Assembly: GCA_965200155.1 (NCBI GenBank)
Contig: CBDATR010000010.1
Coordinates: forward strand, 416,001-480,000
DNA: 64,000 bases
Reading direction: 5' to 3'
Origin: Nitrosopumilaceae archaeon
GTDB taxonomy: Archaea > Thermoproteota > Nitrososphaeria > Nitrososphaerales > Nitrosopumilaceae
The notes below the pieces were generated by a model, which worked only from the letters and a program-made list of their open reading frames with translations, ran no database searches and was not told the DNA's origin. Position 1 is the first letter of the stretch; the number at the start of each line of letters is the position of its first letter. A program made the position numbers and the translations under genes. This document shows positions 20,774 through 30,817 of this stretch, in pieces.

Positions 20774-21268
20774 ATGCACGGAGCCAATTATAGATTAGGA
20801 TCTGGCCAGCCTTTTACACGCAAGAAGTACATAAAGGGAAAGCCTCAACCCAAGATAGCCAAGTTCCACGGGGGTAAGCGTGGAGACTATGAGTATTCTG
20901 TACAATTACTGATAAATGAAAAAGTTCAGATAAGGCACATGGCAATTGAGGCATGCCGCTTGACTGCAAACAAGGCGCTAGAAAAGACTACAGGCGAGTC
21001 TGCCTACTTCTCCAAGCTCCGTATATACCCACATAACCTGCTCCGGGAGAACAAAATGATAGCAACTGCGGGAGCCGACAGACTTCAGGAGGGGATGCGC
21101 CGGGCTTGGGGTAAGGCAGTAAGTCTTGCGGCTCGGGTGAACCGGGGCCAGATAATAATGGAAATGCACGTGGACGGGCAGCATGTGGATGCAGCCAAAA
21201 AGGCGCTAAAGAACGCCTGCGTAAAGCTTCCGGGCACTCCTACCATTAAGGTAGTATCACTCAAGTGA
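20774..21268 (+). CDS. rpl10e: 50S ribosomal protein uL16 (L10e)
   Basis: LRENKMIATAGADRLQEGMRRAWGK; start set at MHGANYR. Confidence 0.95.
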   Translation: MHGANYRLGSGQPFTRKKYIKGKPQPKIAKFHGGKRGDYEYSVQLLINEKVQIRHMAIEACRLTANKALEKTTGESAYFSKLRIYPHNLLRENKMIATAGADRLQEGMRRAWGKAVSLAARVNRGQIIMEMHVDGQHVDAAKKALKNACVKLPGTPTIKVVSLK

Positions 21269-21514
21269 TGAATGCCTTTTTTGATTGGCCAGAAATAGCT
21301 CAAAAAACTCCTCTGTCTCTTGTAGTGTGGGGTCTCTTCTGCATATTCTCCTGTACTGGTAATGAAACGAGTTGTACAGACGTCCGGCTATAACACCGGC
21401 CATGAAAGGCTCAGGATCCCAGTCCAACTTGTGCGCCATGTCTAAGAACAGATCAGTACGTACCTCTTCCTGCATTTTTTTGTGTATTTTTTCTAGTACT
21501 CGGGAGTCCATCAT
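21257..21514 (-). CDS. hypothetical protein
   Basis: 85-aa ORF with GRLYNSFHYQYRRICRRDPT, recalled as typical of Nitrosopumilaceae. Confidence 0.7.
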   Translation of the reverse strand: MMDSRVLEKIHKKMQEEVRTDLFLDMAHKLDWDPEPFMAGVIAGRLYNSFHYQYRRICRRDPTLQETEEFFELFLANQKRHSSLE

Positions 21515-21665
21515 GCGTATTGGTGATCGGTATGAATATTGTATGTTTTGGTATGGTTTTGTAAAGAAACGGTGCCATTACCGCTTATGGGCAGAACTGA
21601 ATGGCTAATACAGGCATGGCTACATGCGCATAAGATAATTAAGTGACTGCATAGTTGATCCTGAC

Positions 21666-21833
21666 ATGGCAGAGTGCACCGAATGTGATGCTGCTATCCC
21701 AATACCTAGTGATGCGTTGGTGGGTGAGATAATCACATGTGCTGACTGCGGGTCCAGCTTTGAGCTGGTAGGTGGTCCTGACTCGTTCAGTCTCAAACCC
21801 GCCCAAACAGTAGGCGAGGATTGGGGGCAGTGA
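21666..21833 (+). CDS. lysW: amino-group carrier protein LysW (C terminus EDWGQ)
   Basis: MAECTECDAAIPIPSDALVGEIITCADCGSSFELVGGPDSFSLKPAQTVGEDWGQ; stop overlaps the lysX start. Confidence 0.93.
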   Translation: MAECTECDAAIPIPSDALVGEIITCADCGSSFELVGGPDSFSLKPAQTVGEDWGQ

Positions 21834-22672
21834 CATCTGATATCACCATACTTTATGACGCCATACGGTGGGAAGAAAAATCACTGCGCGATGCCGCTAA
21901 CCGACTTGATGTCCCAATACGGATGACCGACTGTAGGGGGTTGCATCTAGATCTTGGCGGTAATGCACCGGTGTCCGGAGTAGTTCTCCAGAGATGTGTT
22001 AGTTACTATAGAAACGTACACTCCACGGCTGCCCTTGAGGGTATGGGAGCTGATGTGATAAACTGCCACAAGACCGGCGTACAGGCTGGTAACAAGTTAT
22101 ATGCTCATATGCTACTAAAGAAAGCTGGCGTACCCACGCCACGAGCTGGTGTAGCGTTCTCCAAGGATTCTGCCCTGCAGATGCTGGATGACATGGGGTA
22201 TCCTGCGGTCATAAAACCAACCGTGGGCAGTTGGGGACGGCTTATTTCAAAGATTAATGACGAGGAGGCGGCTAGCGGTATACTTGAGAATCGCGAGCGT
22301 ATGTATCCTATATACCAGATACACTATATGGAAGAGTTTGTACAAAGACCGCCTAGGGACATTCGTGCCATAATGGTGGGCGGCGAAGTGGTGGCCGCCA
22401 TATATCGCAACTCAACGGAGTGGAAGACCAATACTGCATTGGGCGGCGTAGCAGAGCCGTGCCCTGTATCTTCTGAGATGTCCGAGATGTGTATACGCGC
22501 GTCAGATGCAGTGAGCGGACAGATAGTGGGTGTGGATCTAATGGAGAGTGACCACGGGTTGGTAGTGCATGAGGTAAATAATACCACGGAGTTTAAGAAT
22601 ACTGTCCGGGTTACCGGCGTCGATATACCCGGTGCCATGATATTGTATGCTAGGGACCGGGTAAGACGATGA
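21830..22672 (+). CDS. lysX: alpha-aminoadipate/glutamate--LysW ligase (ATP-grasp)
   Basis: RWEEK, IKPTVGSWGRL, RDIR, WKTNTALG, HEVNNTTEF. Confidence 0.93.
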   Translation: MTSDITILYDAIRWEEKSLRDAANRLDVPIRMTDCRGLHLDLGGNAPVSGVVLQRCVSYYRNVHSTAALEGMGADVINCHKTGVQAGNKLYAHMLLKKAGVPTPRAGVAFSKDSALQMLDDMGYPAVIKPTVGSWGRLISKINDEEAASGILENRERMYPIYQIHYMEEFVQRPPRDIRAIMVGGEVVAAIYRNSTEWKTNTALGGVAEPCPVSSEMSEMCIRASDAVSGQIVGVDLMESDHGLVVHEVNNTTEFKNTVRVTGVDIPGAMILYARDRVRR

Positions 22673-23799
22673 GCGACTTCAAGGTTACGCCGCGATACGC
22701 GATCAAGATGCTGGAGAAGGCACTGAGATTGTACACTCCCTCGCTTAGCGAAAAACCCATGACCGAGTTTCTGGCGGACAAGTGCGATGATTTGGGATTT
22801 GAGAACATACGCATAGATGGAGTGGGAAATGTTATAGCTACCCGGGGGTCTGGCTCACCGGTCATAATGCTGTGCGGACATGTGGATACAGTACCTGGCA
22901 AGATACGGGTGCGAAGGGATGGTGACCGACTGTACGGTCGAGGGGCATCTGATGCCAAGGCGCCATTAATGGCCATGCTCTTTGCCGCTGCATCGGCCCC
23001 GGAGGATAACGGGACAATAATATTTGTCGGAGCCGTTGACGAGGAAGGTAATGCCACCGGTATAAAGCATTTGGTTAAAAAGAAGATGAATGTGGATTAT
23101 GCCATATTTGGAGAGCCCAGCGGCTTGGATCAGGTAACTATCGCCTACAAGGGCAGATTGGCCATTAGCCTTAGAATAGATGTCAAGGACAGCTCCCATG
23201 CCAGTGCCCCATGGCTATCCAAGAATGCCATAGAGGAGTCTGCACTATTTACATCGCGTCTCAAGGAGTCACTGGAGACGCGGCCGGAGAATCAAAGGCG
23301 TAGTATGCAATTAACCGTGGCCATAACCGAAGTACGGGGCGGTTCCAGTCACAATGTAACACCCCGGGAGTGCACTACTACCATGGATATTCGTATACCC
23401 GTCACCATGAACTGCAAGATGATCGAGGAGAAGATATCGGATCTTGTTAGACAGATAGGGGAGGAGCGTAATGTGGAAGCCTTCTATTCAATACTGGATG
23501 AGACTGAGCCATTCGAGGCTCCACTAAACTCTCCGCTGGTACGCGCCTTTACCTTGGGTATACTAAACAGCCGCGGGGATAGACCTGCCCTGATACGAAA
23601 GACAGGTACAGGCGATATGAACGTCTTGGGTAGTAGATGGAACATACCAGTCATAACATATGGACCCGGTGACCCACATGCCTCACATACCATCAACGAG
23701 TGCGTGTCCATATCAGAGTACCTGGAGGGCATAGATGTACTTGGAAAGTCGCTGATTCAGCTAAAGCGACTTCACGACAAGATGCAGAAAAAGCCATGA
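22669..23799 (+). CDS. lysK: LysW-lysine/ornithine hydrolase (M20)
   Basis: GHVDTVPG, GRGASDAK, DEE, GEPS, YGPGD. Confidence 0.9.
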   Translation: MSDFKVTPRYAIKMLEKALRLYTPSLSEKPMTEFLADKCDDLGFENIRIDGVGNVIATRGSGSPVIMLCGHVDTVPGKIRVRRDGDRLYGRGASDAKAPLMAMLFAAASAPEDNGTIIFVGAVDEEGNATGIKHLVKKKMNVDYAIFGEPSGLDQVTIAYKGRLAISLRIDVKDSSHASAPWLSKNAIEESALFTSRLKESLETRPENQRRSMQLTVAITEVRGGSSHNVTPRECTTTMDIRIPVTMNCKMIEEKISDLVRQIGEERNVEAFYSILDETEPFEAPLNSPLVRAFTLGILNSRGDRPALIRKTGTGDMNVLGSRWNIPVITYGPGDPHASHTINECVSISEYLEGIDVLGKSLIQLKRLHDKMQKKP

Positions 23800-24815
23800 C
23801 TCTGTGGCTGGTGGGTCTGGGTATATCTGGAAGGGAATCCGTTCCTGATGCTACGTCTGGCGCCCTCTCAATGTGTGATGTGGTGTACTTGGAGACCTTT
23901 ACCAGTCCGGATATTGACACCACATGGATACGGGAGGTAAATCCCAATGTAATACAGGCCAAACGCTGGATGGTGGAGGATGGTAAAAGAATACTGGATG
24001 ATGCCCGGAATCGCGAGACGGCCCTGGTATCTTATGGTGATCCACTGGTCGCCACAACCCATACAGACTTGCTGGTTCGTGCCGCAGCCGGGGGCATACC
24101 CACCAGGGTGGTACACGCCTCCTCTGCCGTGTCCAGCATAGTGGGTCAGTGCGGCCTGCATCACTACAAGATGGGGCGCATGGCTACAATAATGGATGAT
24201 GCCAAGTCCCTGTCTACCCCATACTATGTCACGTATCGCAATGCAGTACGGGGCAGTCACACCCTGCTGTTGCTGGAGTATAATCAGGACGGCGGCTTTT
24301 TTCTGGATCCTGCCGGGGCCCTGGATCTCCTGCTAAAAACAGAGACTGGTCAGAATCGCGGTGTCTTTACACCTAGCTCATTCTGCATTGTGGCATCCAG
24401 AGTGGGATTGCCAGATCAGACCCTGATATCAGGTAATATATCCAGCATGGTGCGGCGGGATTTTGGTCCTCCACCACATTCGATAATTGTGCCCGGCGGC
24501 CTGCATTTTACCGAGAGGGATGCATTACTGGCGCTGACCCAGTGTGTGGACGAACCGCCACCGGAAGATACCTACATTACCTCAATACCGCAACAAATGC
24601 TGAGGCGTTATATACCCATGATACATAAATCAATATCCGAAATACAGGTGACTTCGGAGAATGTTGACATAATACAAAACGCGCAGTTATACGTACAAGA
24701 CGCGGAGCGGGCACTGGATAGTGGCCAGGACGAGGTGGCCGTACTCAGTATAGGATACGCGGACGGACTGGTGGATGCAATAAGGATTATGAAGGGAATG
24801 GATCCCAAGCTATAA
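23796..24815 (+). CDS. dph5: diphthine synthase with C-terminal DUF357-like domain
   Basis: LWLVGLG, YLETFTS, GDPLVATTH, GLHHYKMG, HTLLLL, GPPPHSIIVPG; C-terminal YADGLVDAIR. Confidence 0.9.
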   Translation: MTLWLVGLGISGRESVPDATSGALSMCDVVYLETFTSPDIDTTWIREVNPNVIQAKRWMVEDGKRILDDARNRETALVSYGDPLVATTHTDLLVRAAAGGIPTRVVHASSAVSSIVGQCGLHHYKMGRMATIMDDAKSLSTPYYVTYRNAVRGSHTLLLLEYNQDGGFFLDPAGALDLLLKTETGQNRGVFTPSSFCIVASRVGLPDQTLISGNISSMVRRDFGPPPHSIIVPGGLHFTERDALLALTQCVDEPPPEDTYITSIPQQMLRRYIPMIHKSISEIQVTSENVDIIQNAQLYVQDAERALDSGQDEVAVLSIGYADGLVDAIRIMKGMDPKL

Positions 24816-24829
24816 TATTTCCCGCAATC

Positions 24830-25447
24830 ATGTGTGGTGCTGTGGATGCAATCAGGAATGATATACTAATGGCCGCCTACATCGCACATATATCCGGCGT
24901 CTCACTCCGTGATACCTGTACCGCCCGCGGCATAGTGATACATGAGCCCCACCTTGATATCATGATACGTGATGGCCTACTACATGATAATTACACCCTG
25001 ACTACATTGGGCAGGCAGTCAATACGGGTGGTGCTGGCTGGCGGGGTATTTGACATAATACATCCCGGTCATATACACACGCTGGAGTCTGCCCGCCGTC
25101 TCGGTGATGTTTTGGTAGTGGTTCTTGCCACCGACTCTACGGCCATACGTATGAAGAGACGCTCCCCGTTACACTCTGCACAGCAGCGACGCACCTTGGT
25201 GGGTTCCCTTCGTATGGTCGATATGGCTATGGTGGGAAGCCATGAAAGTATATTCAAAACAGTGGAAGCGGTAAAACCGGATGTGGTTGCCTTGGGATAC
25301 GATCAGGTCCATCATGAAAAATACATATCTGACGGTTGCCGCAAGATTAATCCCAGCATTCAGGTGGCGCGTCTACAGTCCCCGGTCCCGGACATATCAA
25401 GCTCAGATATAGAGCGTCAGTATGCCCAAAGCATACACGGTATCTAG
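24830..25447 (+). CDS. ribL: FAD synthetase (cytidylyltransferase-like)
   Basis: GGVFDIIHPGH, KPDVVALGYDQ, SSS. Confidence 0.85.
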   Translation: MCGAVDAIRNDILMAAYIAHISGVSLRDTCTARGIVIHEPHLDIMIRDGLLHDNYTLTTLGRQSIRVVLAGGVFDIIHPGHIHTLESARRLGDVLVVVLATDSTAIRMKRRSPLHSAQQRRTLVGSLRMVDMAMVGSHESIFKTVEAVKPDVVALGYDQVHHEKYISDGCRKINPSIQVARLQSPVPDISSSDIERQYAQSIHGI

Positions 25448-25866
25448 GGCAGTGATATGGTGACCGGTGAGCCATCTACAAGTGCGGCCTCTTTCCTTAT
25501 GTTTGTGCCTGATATGATTTCCGCTATGTCATTTTTGTGATGCGTCTTCTCCAACTGTATGTAGTAGCAGGGTATGTCTGGCTCCAGTGCCCCGGCAAAA
25601 CAGCGTACCCATCCATAGTCTCGCCCGTCTCGGGTAAATCCCGGTAACAGTATACTCCTACTCACATCCAAATCCTGTATCATTATCGCTGATGACTGAT
25701 CAAGTCTTATGTTCAAAGTTCCGGGAAAAGGTACCAGATTCAGATATTGCCTGAACTGTGTTTCATATAGTGACATGTATTGCGCTCCCTCACCTTTTCC
25801 CTGCGACACCACTCCATTCAAGATGGTGTGACTTTCTGAATCATTTTTTGCGGTCATACCTGACAT
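25444..25866 (-). CDS. ribK: CTP-dependent riboflavin kinase
   Basis: GVVSQGKGEG, PFPGTLN, THH..EII. Confidence 0.85.
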   Translation of the reverse strand: MSGMTAKNDSESHTILNGVVSQGKGEGAQYMSLYETQFRQYLNLVPFPGTLNIRLDQSSAIMIQDLDVSRSILLPGFTRDGRDYGWVRCFAGALEPDIPCYYIQLEKTHHKNDIAEIISGTNIRKEAALVDGSPVTISLP

Positions 25867-26024
25867 ACCCTTGGTTGTAAATAATGTCCTTTGGGCGTGT
25901 CATGGTGGGGAAACTTTTGGGTCATGCATGTTGGGCCGGGATGACTCTGCAATGACTCATGGGTGGGATCAATCTGCGGACTACTGACCCGCATGAATAT
26001 TAAATAAAATAATGTCAAGTGTTA

Positions 26025-27167
26025 TCATGGTATGTTAAGATCCGAGAACGTTGCAAGAAATACTCCGTCCGTATTACTCACTTTGGATATGCGATGACCT
26101 ACCAAATACTTGATACCGGAACTCTTGGCGTTGTCCAACAATCTTTGTGTAACTATGCCGTCCAGCAACAGAAAGGTAATTCCGCTCTGCTCTGAGATTT
26201 TGTTTACAAGCTCGCTTATGGGCACACGGAATACCTGCTTATGTTGATCATCAAAGGCTACGGCCTCTAGAGTCTCAGATAGTTTTGGATAGATATTTGC
26301 TACTAGGTCTCGTACAGCCTTCTCAGTTGAGTCCAGCTCCCTAAGTGGAGCGTCTCCTGCCTCTATCTGTTTTGCAATGGGGCGCAGTATCTCGTCAATG
26401 CGCTGTGGCGTCAATTCTTCAACTTCTATGCCGGGATCTGCCCGTATCTCATAGTCTACAGAGACCACGGACTTTAATCCCTTCAGGATGAAACCGCCCG
26501 CGCGATCCCCGTCGGTAAATGCTACTATCTTGTCTTTGGAAGAGCACAAGTCTCGTATAGACTCATCTATCTTTGCTCCCTCGATGGCTATTGCGTTGTC
26601 ATAACCGGCTCTGAGCAGATTAATGACGTCTGCACGTCCTTCTACCAATATTATCCAGCTATTCTCGTATACTCCCAATCCACAGGCCAGCCTAGACGGT
26701 CCATAGGCGCCAAGCTTACCAGTGGAGCCTTGGTGTACATCCTTGAGCATGGATTCACCTTCGCTCACGGTTTTGGTAGCCCAGCGTTGTTTTATCTCCT
26801 TGGCCCGCTTAACTATGTCATCCTTCTTTGCCGCGCGTATGTCATCGATGGATTCCAGCCTGTAACTACAATCAAAGGGACCCACCTTGTCTATACTTTC
26901 TATAGCAGCTGCTATGAGTGCGCATGTGTCTATGTCGGTACCCATTGGTATGGCTACTTCGCCTGCGGTCGAGTTCGATGAAGAGCGAGAGTTCACCTCT
27001 ATACGACCGACCTTGGAAACTCGTTGTAACTCGTTGAGATTCATCTCTGGACCCAGCAAACCCTCGGTCTGACCGAAGATTGAACCTATTACATCGGTTC
27101 TTTCAACAAGTCCGTCCACATTGAATGAGAGCCTAACATTATATTTGATGATGCCAGTTTGTGGCAT
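26025..27167 (-). CDS. dnaG: archaeal DnaG (TOPRIM, exosome-associated)
   Basis: IFGQTEGLLG, GRIEV, VEGRADV, FTDGDRAG. Confidence 0.95.
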   Translation of the reverse strand: MPQTGIIKYNVRLSFNVDGLVERTDVIGSIFGQTEGLLGPEMNLNELQRVSKVGRIEVNSRSSSNSTAGEVAIPMGTDIDTCALIAAAIESIDKVGPFDCSYRLESIDDIRAAKKDDIVKRAKEIKQRWATKTVSEGESMLKDVHQGSTGKLGAYGPSRLACGLGVYENSWIILVEGRADVINLLRAGYDNAIAIEGAKIDESIRDLCSSKDKIVAFTDGDRAGGFILKGLKSVVSVDYEIRADPGIEVEELTPQRIDEILRPIAKQIEAGDAPLRELDSTEKAVRDLVANIYPKLSETLEAVAFDDQHKQVFRVPISELVNKISEQSGITFLLLDGIVTQRLLDNAKSSGIKYLVGHRISKVSNTDGVFLATFSDLNIP

Positions 27168-27505
27168 AAATCTATCAACTCCTGATTTATCACATTTGAA
27201 TTTGTCATACTGCCTTATATGAGGCTATCGTTTTTATGATATTTGTTAATCCAAGATTCTATTTCATATGTAATGGCTTGTAATATTTTATAATTAAAAC
27301 AGCAAAATTATATAACCTAATTTTTGTACATGATTTAGCCAGAATGATAAAGCCTGCTCCATGAAAAATTAATGTGTTATCTAGTGTACAAATTATTGAT
27401 CATTGCTCGCTGTCGCGCGTAAATGTGGATCAAGTGAATTATACGAGTTTGAAATAATAGGATCCATATAATACACGGGAATATAAAAAGCGAAATAATA
27501 TGATT

Positions 27506-27856
27506 TTATTCCGTACTAAAGGAATGTCCACAGGAGCAGGATTTTACCACGTTGGGATTGTTTATTTTGAAGCCGGATCCCATGAGACTTTCTATATAGT
27601 CTACGTTGGCTCCCTTTAGATGATCTATGCTGTAGCTGTCTACCAATAGTTTGACACCGGCTTCTTCTATTACCAAGTCATCATCCTCTGGTGCTTTTTC
27701 AAAACCCATGCCATAAGAGAGACCAGAACAGCCGCCGCCCTGCACATAGACGCGCAGGTACCCCGGTTTTTCCGACTCCTCTGCCATGAACTCTTTGATC
27801 TTGGTTGCAGCTTTCTCTGTTACTGTGACAATTTTTTGTGTCTGTTCAACTGACAT
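27506..27856 (-). CDS. erpA: A-type Fe-S cluster carrier (IscA/ErpA)
   Basis: GGGCSGLSY, NPN..SCSCGHSF. Confidence 0.92.
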   Translation of the reverse strand: MSVEQTQKIVTVTEKAATKIKEFMAEESEKPGYLRVYVQGGGCSGLSYGMGFEKAPEDDDLVIEEAGVKLLVDSYSIDHLKGANVDYIESLMGSGFKINNPNVVKSCSCGHSFSTE

Positions 27857-28062
27857 TATGTATCCCATTTACACCTCTAAATATAATAACCTTATCCATT
27901 GGACAATGGACAATATTCAAATAGGCAGGTAAAACAGCAACACACAAAATAATTACGTATAAAATCCATAGAAATAGCATATCCCTAATCAAAAACAGGC
28001 AAAGCATTCCCGGTTAACATGAGGTATGATCACAATTACAACAGTAAAACACAAGATTTAGG

Positions 28063-28154
28063 GTATGAGTTCACCTGTGTCTAAATTTACGCATAACTGA
28101 TCGTGACAGTTAATGTGATTTGTGCATAAGATTCCGGAAGACGTGAACTCATAC
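28063..28154 (+). mobile_element. 92-bp MITE, no TSD
   Basis: TIRs and core match consensus; flanks differ. Confidence 0.93.
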
Positions 28155-28327
28155 GCTGGTTTTCCTGCCTCAATTCCCCGTAGGTCAGGCGTCTGACCAT
28201 CATACACCACTTAAAAATTTGGTATTTAAGCACTCGGTCAATATTTAATTAAAACATATCAACTTTCACAATCTTCCGGAGAGATCGACCTATTTGAATC
28301 GTCTCCATTATGTTGAATAGTATTTTT

Positions 28328-28428
28328 GTATGAGTTCACCTGTGTCTAAATTTACGCACAACTGATGGAACAGGTTGTTCTAGTTAATGTGATTTGTGCA
28401 CAAGATTCCGGAAGATGTGAACTCATAC
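28328..28428 (+). mobile_element. MITE (variant with TGGAACAGGTTGTTCT)
   Basis: TSD GTATTTTT. Confidence 0.95.
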
Positions 28429-28667
28429 GTATTTTTAGCTTTAAACGTTACTTTTGAAATAATTAATTTGTCACTAGAAATCTAGATAATTAAGTCCACT
28501 AACACCATTTAAGTATTTAATTAAAAATTACTGTGTCTAGAAATATATGACAGTAAATATGTCTGAGTTTTAATTGCGCATATAACTTTAAAATTAAAAA
28601 TATTCTTAAGCATACCGGAATTTTAGCATATTGCAGATACCACTACATTTATTTCCTTATTGGACAC

Positions 28668-30026
28668 ATGGAGTACATGGCTATACTGCCTATAGATGGT
28701 GGGAGGTATGGATCACCAAAGATGCTGGCCATATTCGAGAGTCAGCGTAAGATTGACTATCAGATACAGATAGAGGGCGCGGTAGCCTTGGCTCAGGGGG
28801 AACTGGGAATAATACCAAAAAAAGCGGCCTCAGAGATAGCCTATGCAGCAGTGCCCGGTGAGATATCTGAGCAAAGGATTGCCGAGCTGGAGGCTGCAAG
28901 TGATCATGACACCGCGGCGTTGGTGGAGGCGCTGGCCGAAAAGTGTACGCCCGATGCTAGACCCTGGATTCATTATGGTCTAACCAGTAATGATTTGGTA
29001 GACACAAGCAACTCCATGCAGATGCGTGATGCCATGAAAATAATTCTGCCAAAGATTGGACAGTTGGCATTTGTACTGGCGCAAAGAGCGCAGCAATACT
29101 CACAATTGCCCTCGGTGGGACGAACGCATGGTCAACATGCCAGTGTGGTGTCTTTTGGTCTAAAGTTTGCCAATTGGGCAGAAGAGATGCTGCAGCATAT
29201 GCGCCGTATGCGCCAAATGGCTCCCCGCACACTAATGTGCAAAACGCTGGGTGTGGTAGGTACGGGCTCCTTGATGGGTCATAAAGCCGTACAGGTACAG
29301 AGTATTGTGGCCAAAAAGCTGGATCTCCCGCCGGCCGTGGTAACTACACAAGTAATAGCCAGGGAACGATACGCGGAGTTTGTATTCACACACGCATTGC
29401 TGGGCTCTACCCTGGACAAGATGGCAGTAGAAATACGTAACCTGCAGAGAACGGAGATAGGTGAGGTATCTGAGCGTTTCCGCAAGGGACAGATGGGGAG
29501 TAGTGCCGTTCCTGTCAAGCGTAATCCAATAAAGAGCGAGCGCATATCCTCCTTGGCCCGGCTGTTGCGTAGCCACGTTAGTATGGCCTTTGAGAATATA
29601 CCTCTCTGGCATGAAAGGGACCTTTCAAATTCTGCCAATGAACGATTCATCCTCCCTCTTGTGCCAACAATAACTGATGAAATACTCCAGACGATGATTA
29701 ATGTGATAAGTCACTTGGTAGTACACGAGGATCGCGTAAGGGCTAACCTGAATATCACCGCGGGTCAGATTTATGCTGAGTTTGTTCTGGACGCAATGAT
29801 CAAGTCGGGAATTCCGCGATTCAAGGCATACCGTGATGTTCAAAGAGTCGCCTTTGCGGCCAGGGAGAGTGGTACTGACTTTCAAAGCGCGATAATGGCC
29901 GATGAGGCCATATCATCTAATCTAAGCGGGGAGCAAATTGGCGCCATATTCAAACCGGAGAGTCATCTGGGCGCATCATCTGCCATTATACGTTCTGTAG
30001 TGGATGTGGTCAACTCAGAAACTTGA
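28668..30026 (+). CDS. purB: adenylosuccinate lyase
   Basis: HYGLTSND, GRTHGQHA, GSSAVPVKRNP, WHERDL. Confidence 0.95.
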   Translation: MEYMAILPIDGGRYGSPKMLAIFESQRKIDYQIQIEGAVALAQGELGIIPKKAASEIAYAAVPGEISEQRIAELEAASDHDTAALVEALAEKCTPDARPWIHYGLTSNDLVDTSNSMQMRDAMKIILPKIGQLAFVLAQRAQQYSQLPSVGRTHGQHASVVSFGLKFANWAEEMLQHMRRMRQMAPRTLMCKTLGVVGTGSLMGHKAVQVQSIVAKKLDLPPAVVTTQVIARERYAEFVFTHALLGSTLDKMAVEIRNLQRTEIGEVSERFRKGQMGSSAVPVKRNPIKSERISSLARLLRSHVSMAFENIPLWHERDLSNSANERFILPLVPTITDEILQTMINVISHLVVHEDRVRANLNITAGQIYAEFVLDAMIKSGIPRFKAYRDVQRVAFAARESGTDFQSAIMADEAISSNLSGEQIGAIFKPESHLGASSAIIRSVVDVVNSET

Positions 30027-30759
30027 TTACGTTTCGGTGTATGCGTGTTCCATACTGCATGGCCTTCTTTTTGCGCCAGCACACGGTGGGTGGAATTCCA
30101 AGACTCTCCGCGGCCGACCGTATGGCATGTTTTCGTATATAGTCGTTGGATCCCCGTATCTTCTGGTGTAATGGTACGCTCCATGAATATCTCACAAACT
30201 CCGTAGATAGTAGTGGCTGCATCATCCTGACCCCGTTGTCTTTCACTACTCGCTCTATGGCTGCCAACATGGCAATCTCGTTTACAGTCTTTGCATGCAT
30301 GGCGGAGTATATTGCACTGCTCCCATTGTGGTATATGCGTCTGTATAGGTCATACCCGCAAAACAGCTCATCTATACCATTTGCTGTTACCACCACATCG
30401 AATCTCTTCTGATATGCCAGCGCCGTTATGAAGTGAAATGCAATGCAGTTCTCGTGCCATGATAATATGTCTGTGTGAAGGGCGTCTCTCACTTTGCGAA
30501 CAGTCTTGTGCAGCATGTCTTGTTCCAGTGTGAGGGTGTGATGGGGCAGGCCCAGCATTCCGGAGACCTCTGTCGCAACACTAACATCGTGGCTTCCCTC
30601 AAAACCTATTGTTAGTAGCGTAACTTCATGAGAGTCGCGACAAATCTGCGCCACAAGGCTACTGTCCACCCCTCCGGAGAATGCCACTGCCACCCTTTGT
30701 GGCATATCACAGGCACTAATACTACATCTCATGTGCCGCAGTAAACTGGCACTGTCCAT
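30010..30759 (-). CDS. asparagine synthase C-terminal domain protein
   Basis: AFSGGVDSS, GIDELFCGY, RKKKAMQYG; no glutaminase domain. Confidence 0.85.
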   Translation of the reverse strand: MDSASLLRHMRCSISACDMPQRVAVAFSGGVDSSLVAQICRDSHEVTLLTIGFEGSHDVSVATEVSGMLGLPHHTLTLEQDMLHKTVRKVRDALHTDILSWHENCIAFHFITALAYQKRFDVVVTANGIDELFCGYDLYRRIYHNGSSAIYSAMHAKTVNEIAMLAAIERVVKDNGVRMMQPLLSTEFVRYSWSVPLHQKIRGSNDYIRKHAIRSAAESLGIPPTVCWRKKKAMQYGTRIHRNVIKFLS

Positions 30760-30817
30760 GAAAGGGAATATTCCTGTTTTGGCAATTATGTTTTTGCAGA
30801 TTATGCTTGTGCATGAA

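Noticed and set aside
23700-23795. N-terminal extension of dph5 in the ORF track
   Set aside because: Overlaps lysK; the ATG at 23796 overlapping the lysK stop gives the expected N terminus.
25957-25997. Hairpin CATGGGT...ACCCGCATG between dnaG and ribK as an ncRNA or riboswitch
   Set aside because: A single imperfect stem with no recognisable family motif.
27170-28660. AT-rich tract as a replication origin
   Set aside because: No cdc6/orc1 gene or ORB repeats are visible; it contains erpA, two MITEs and decayed sequence.
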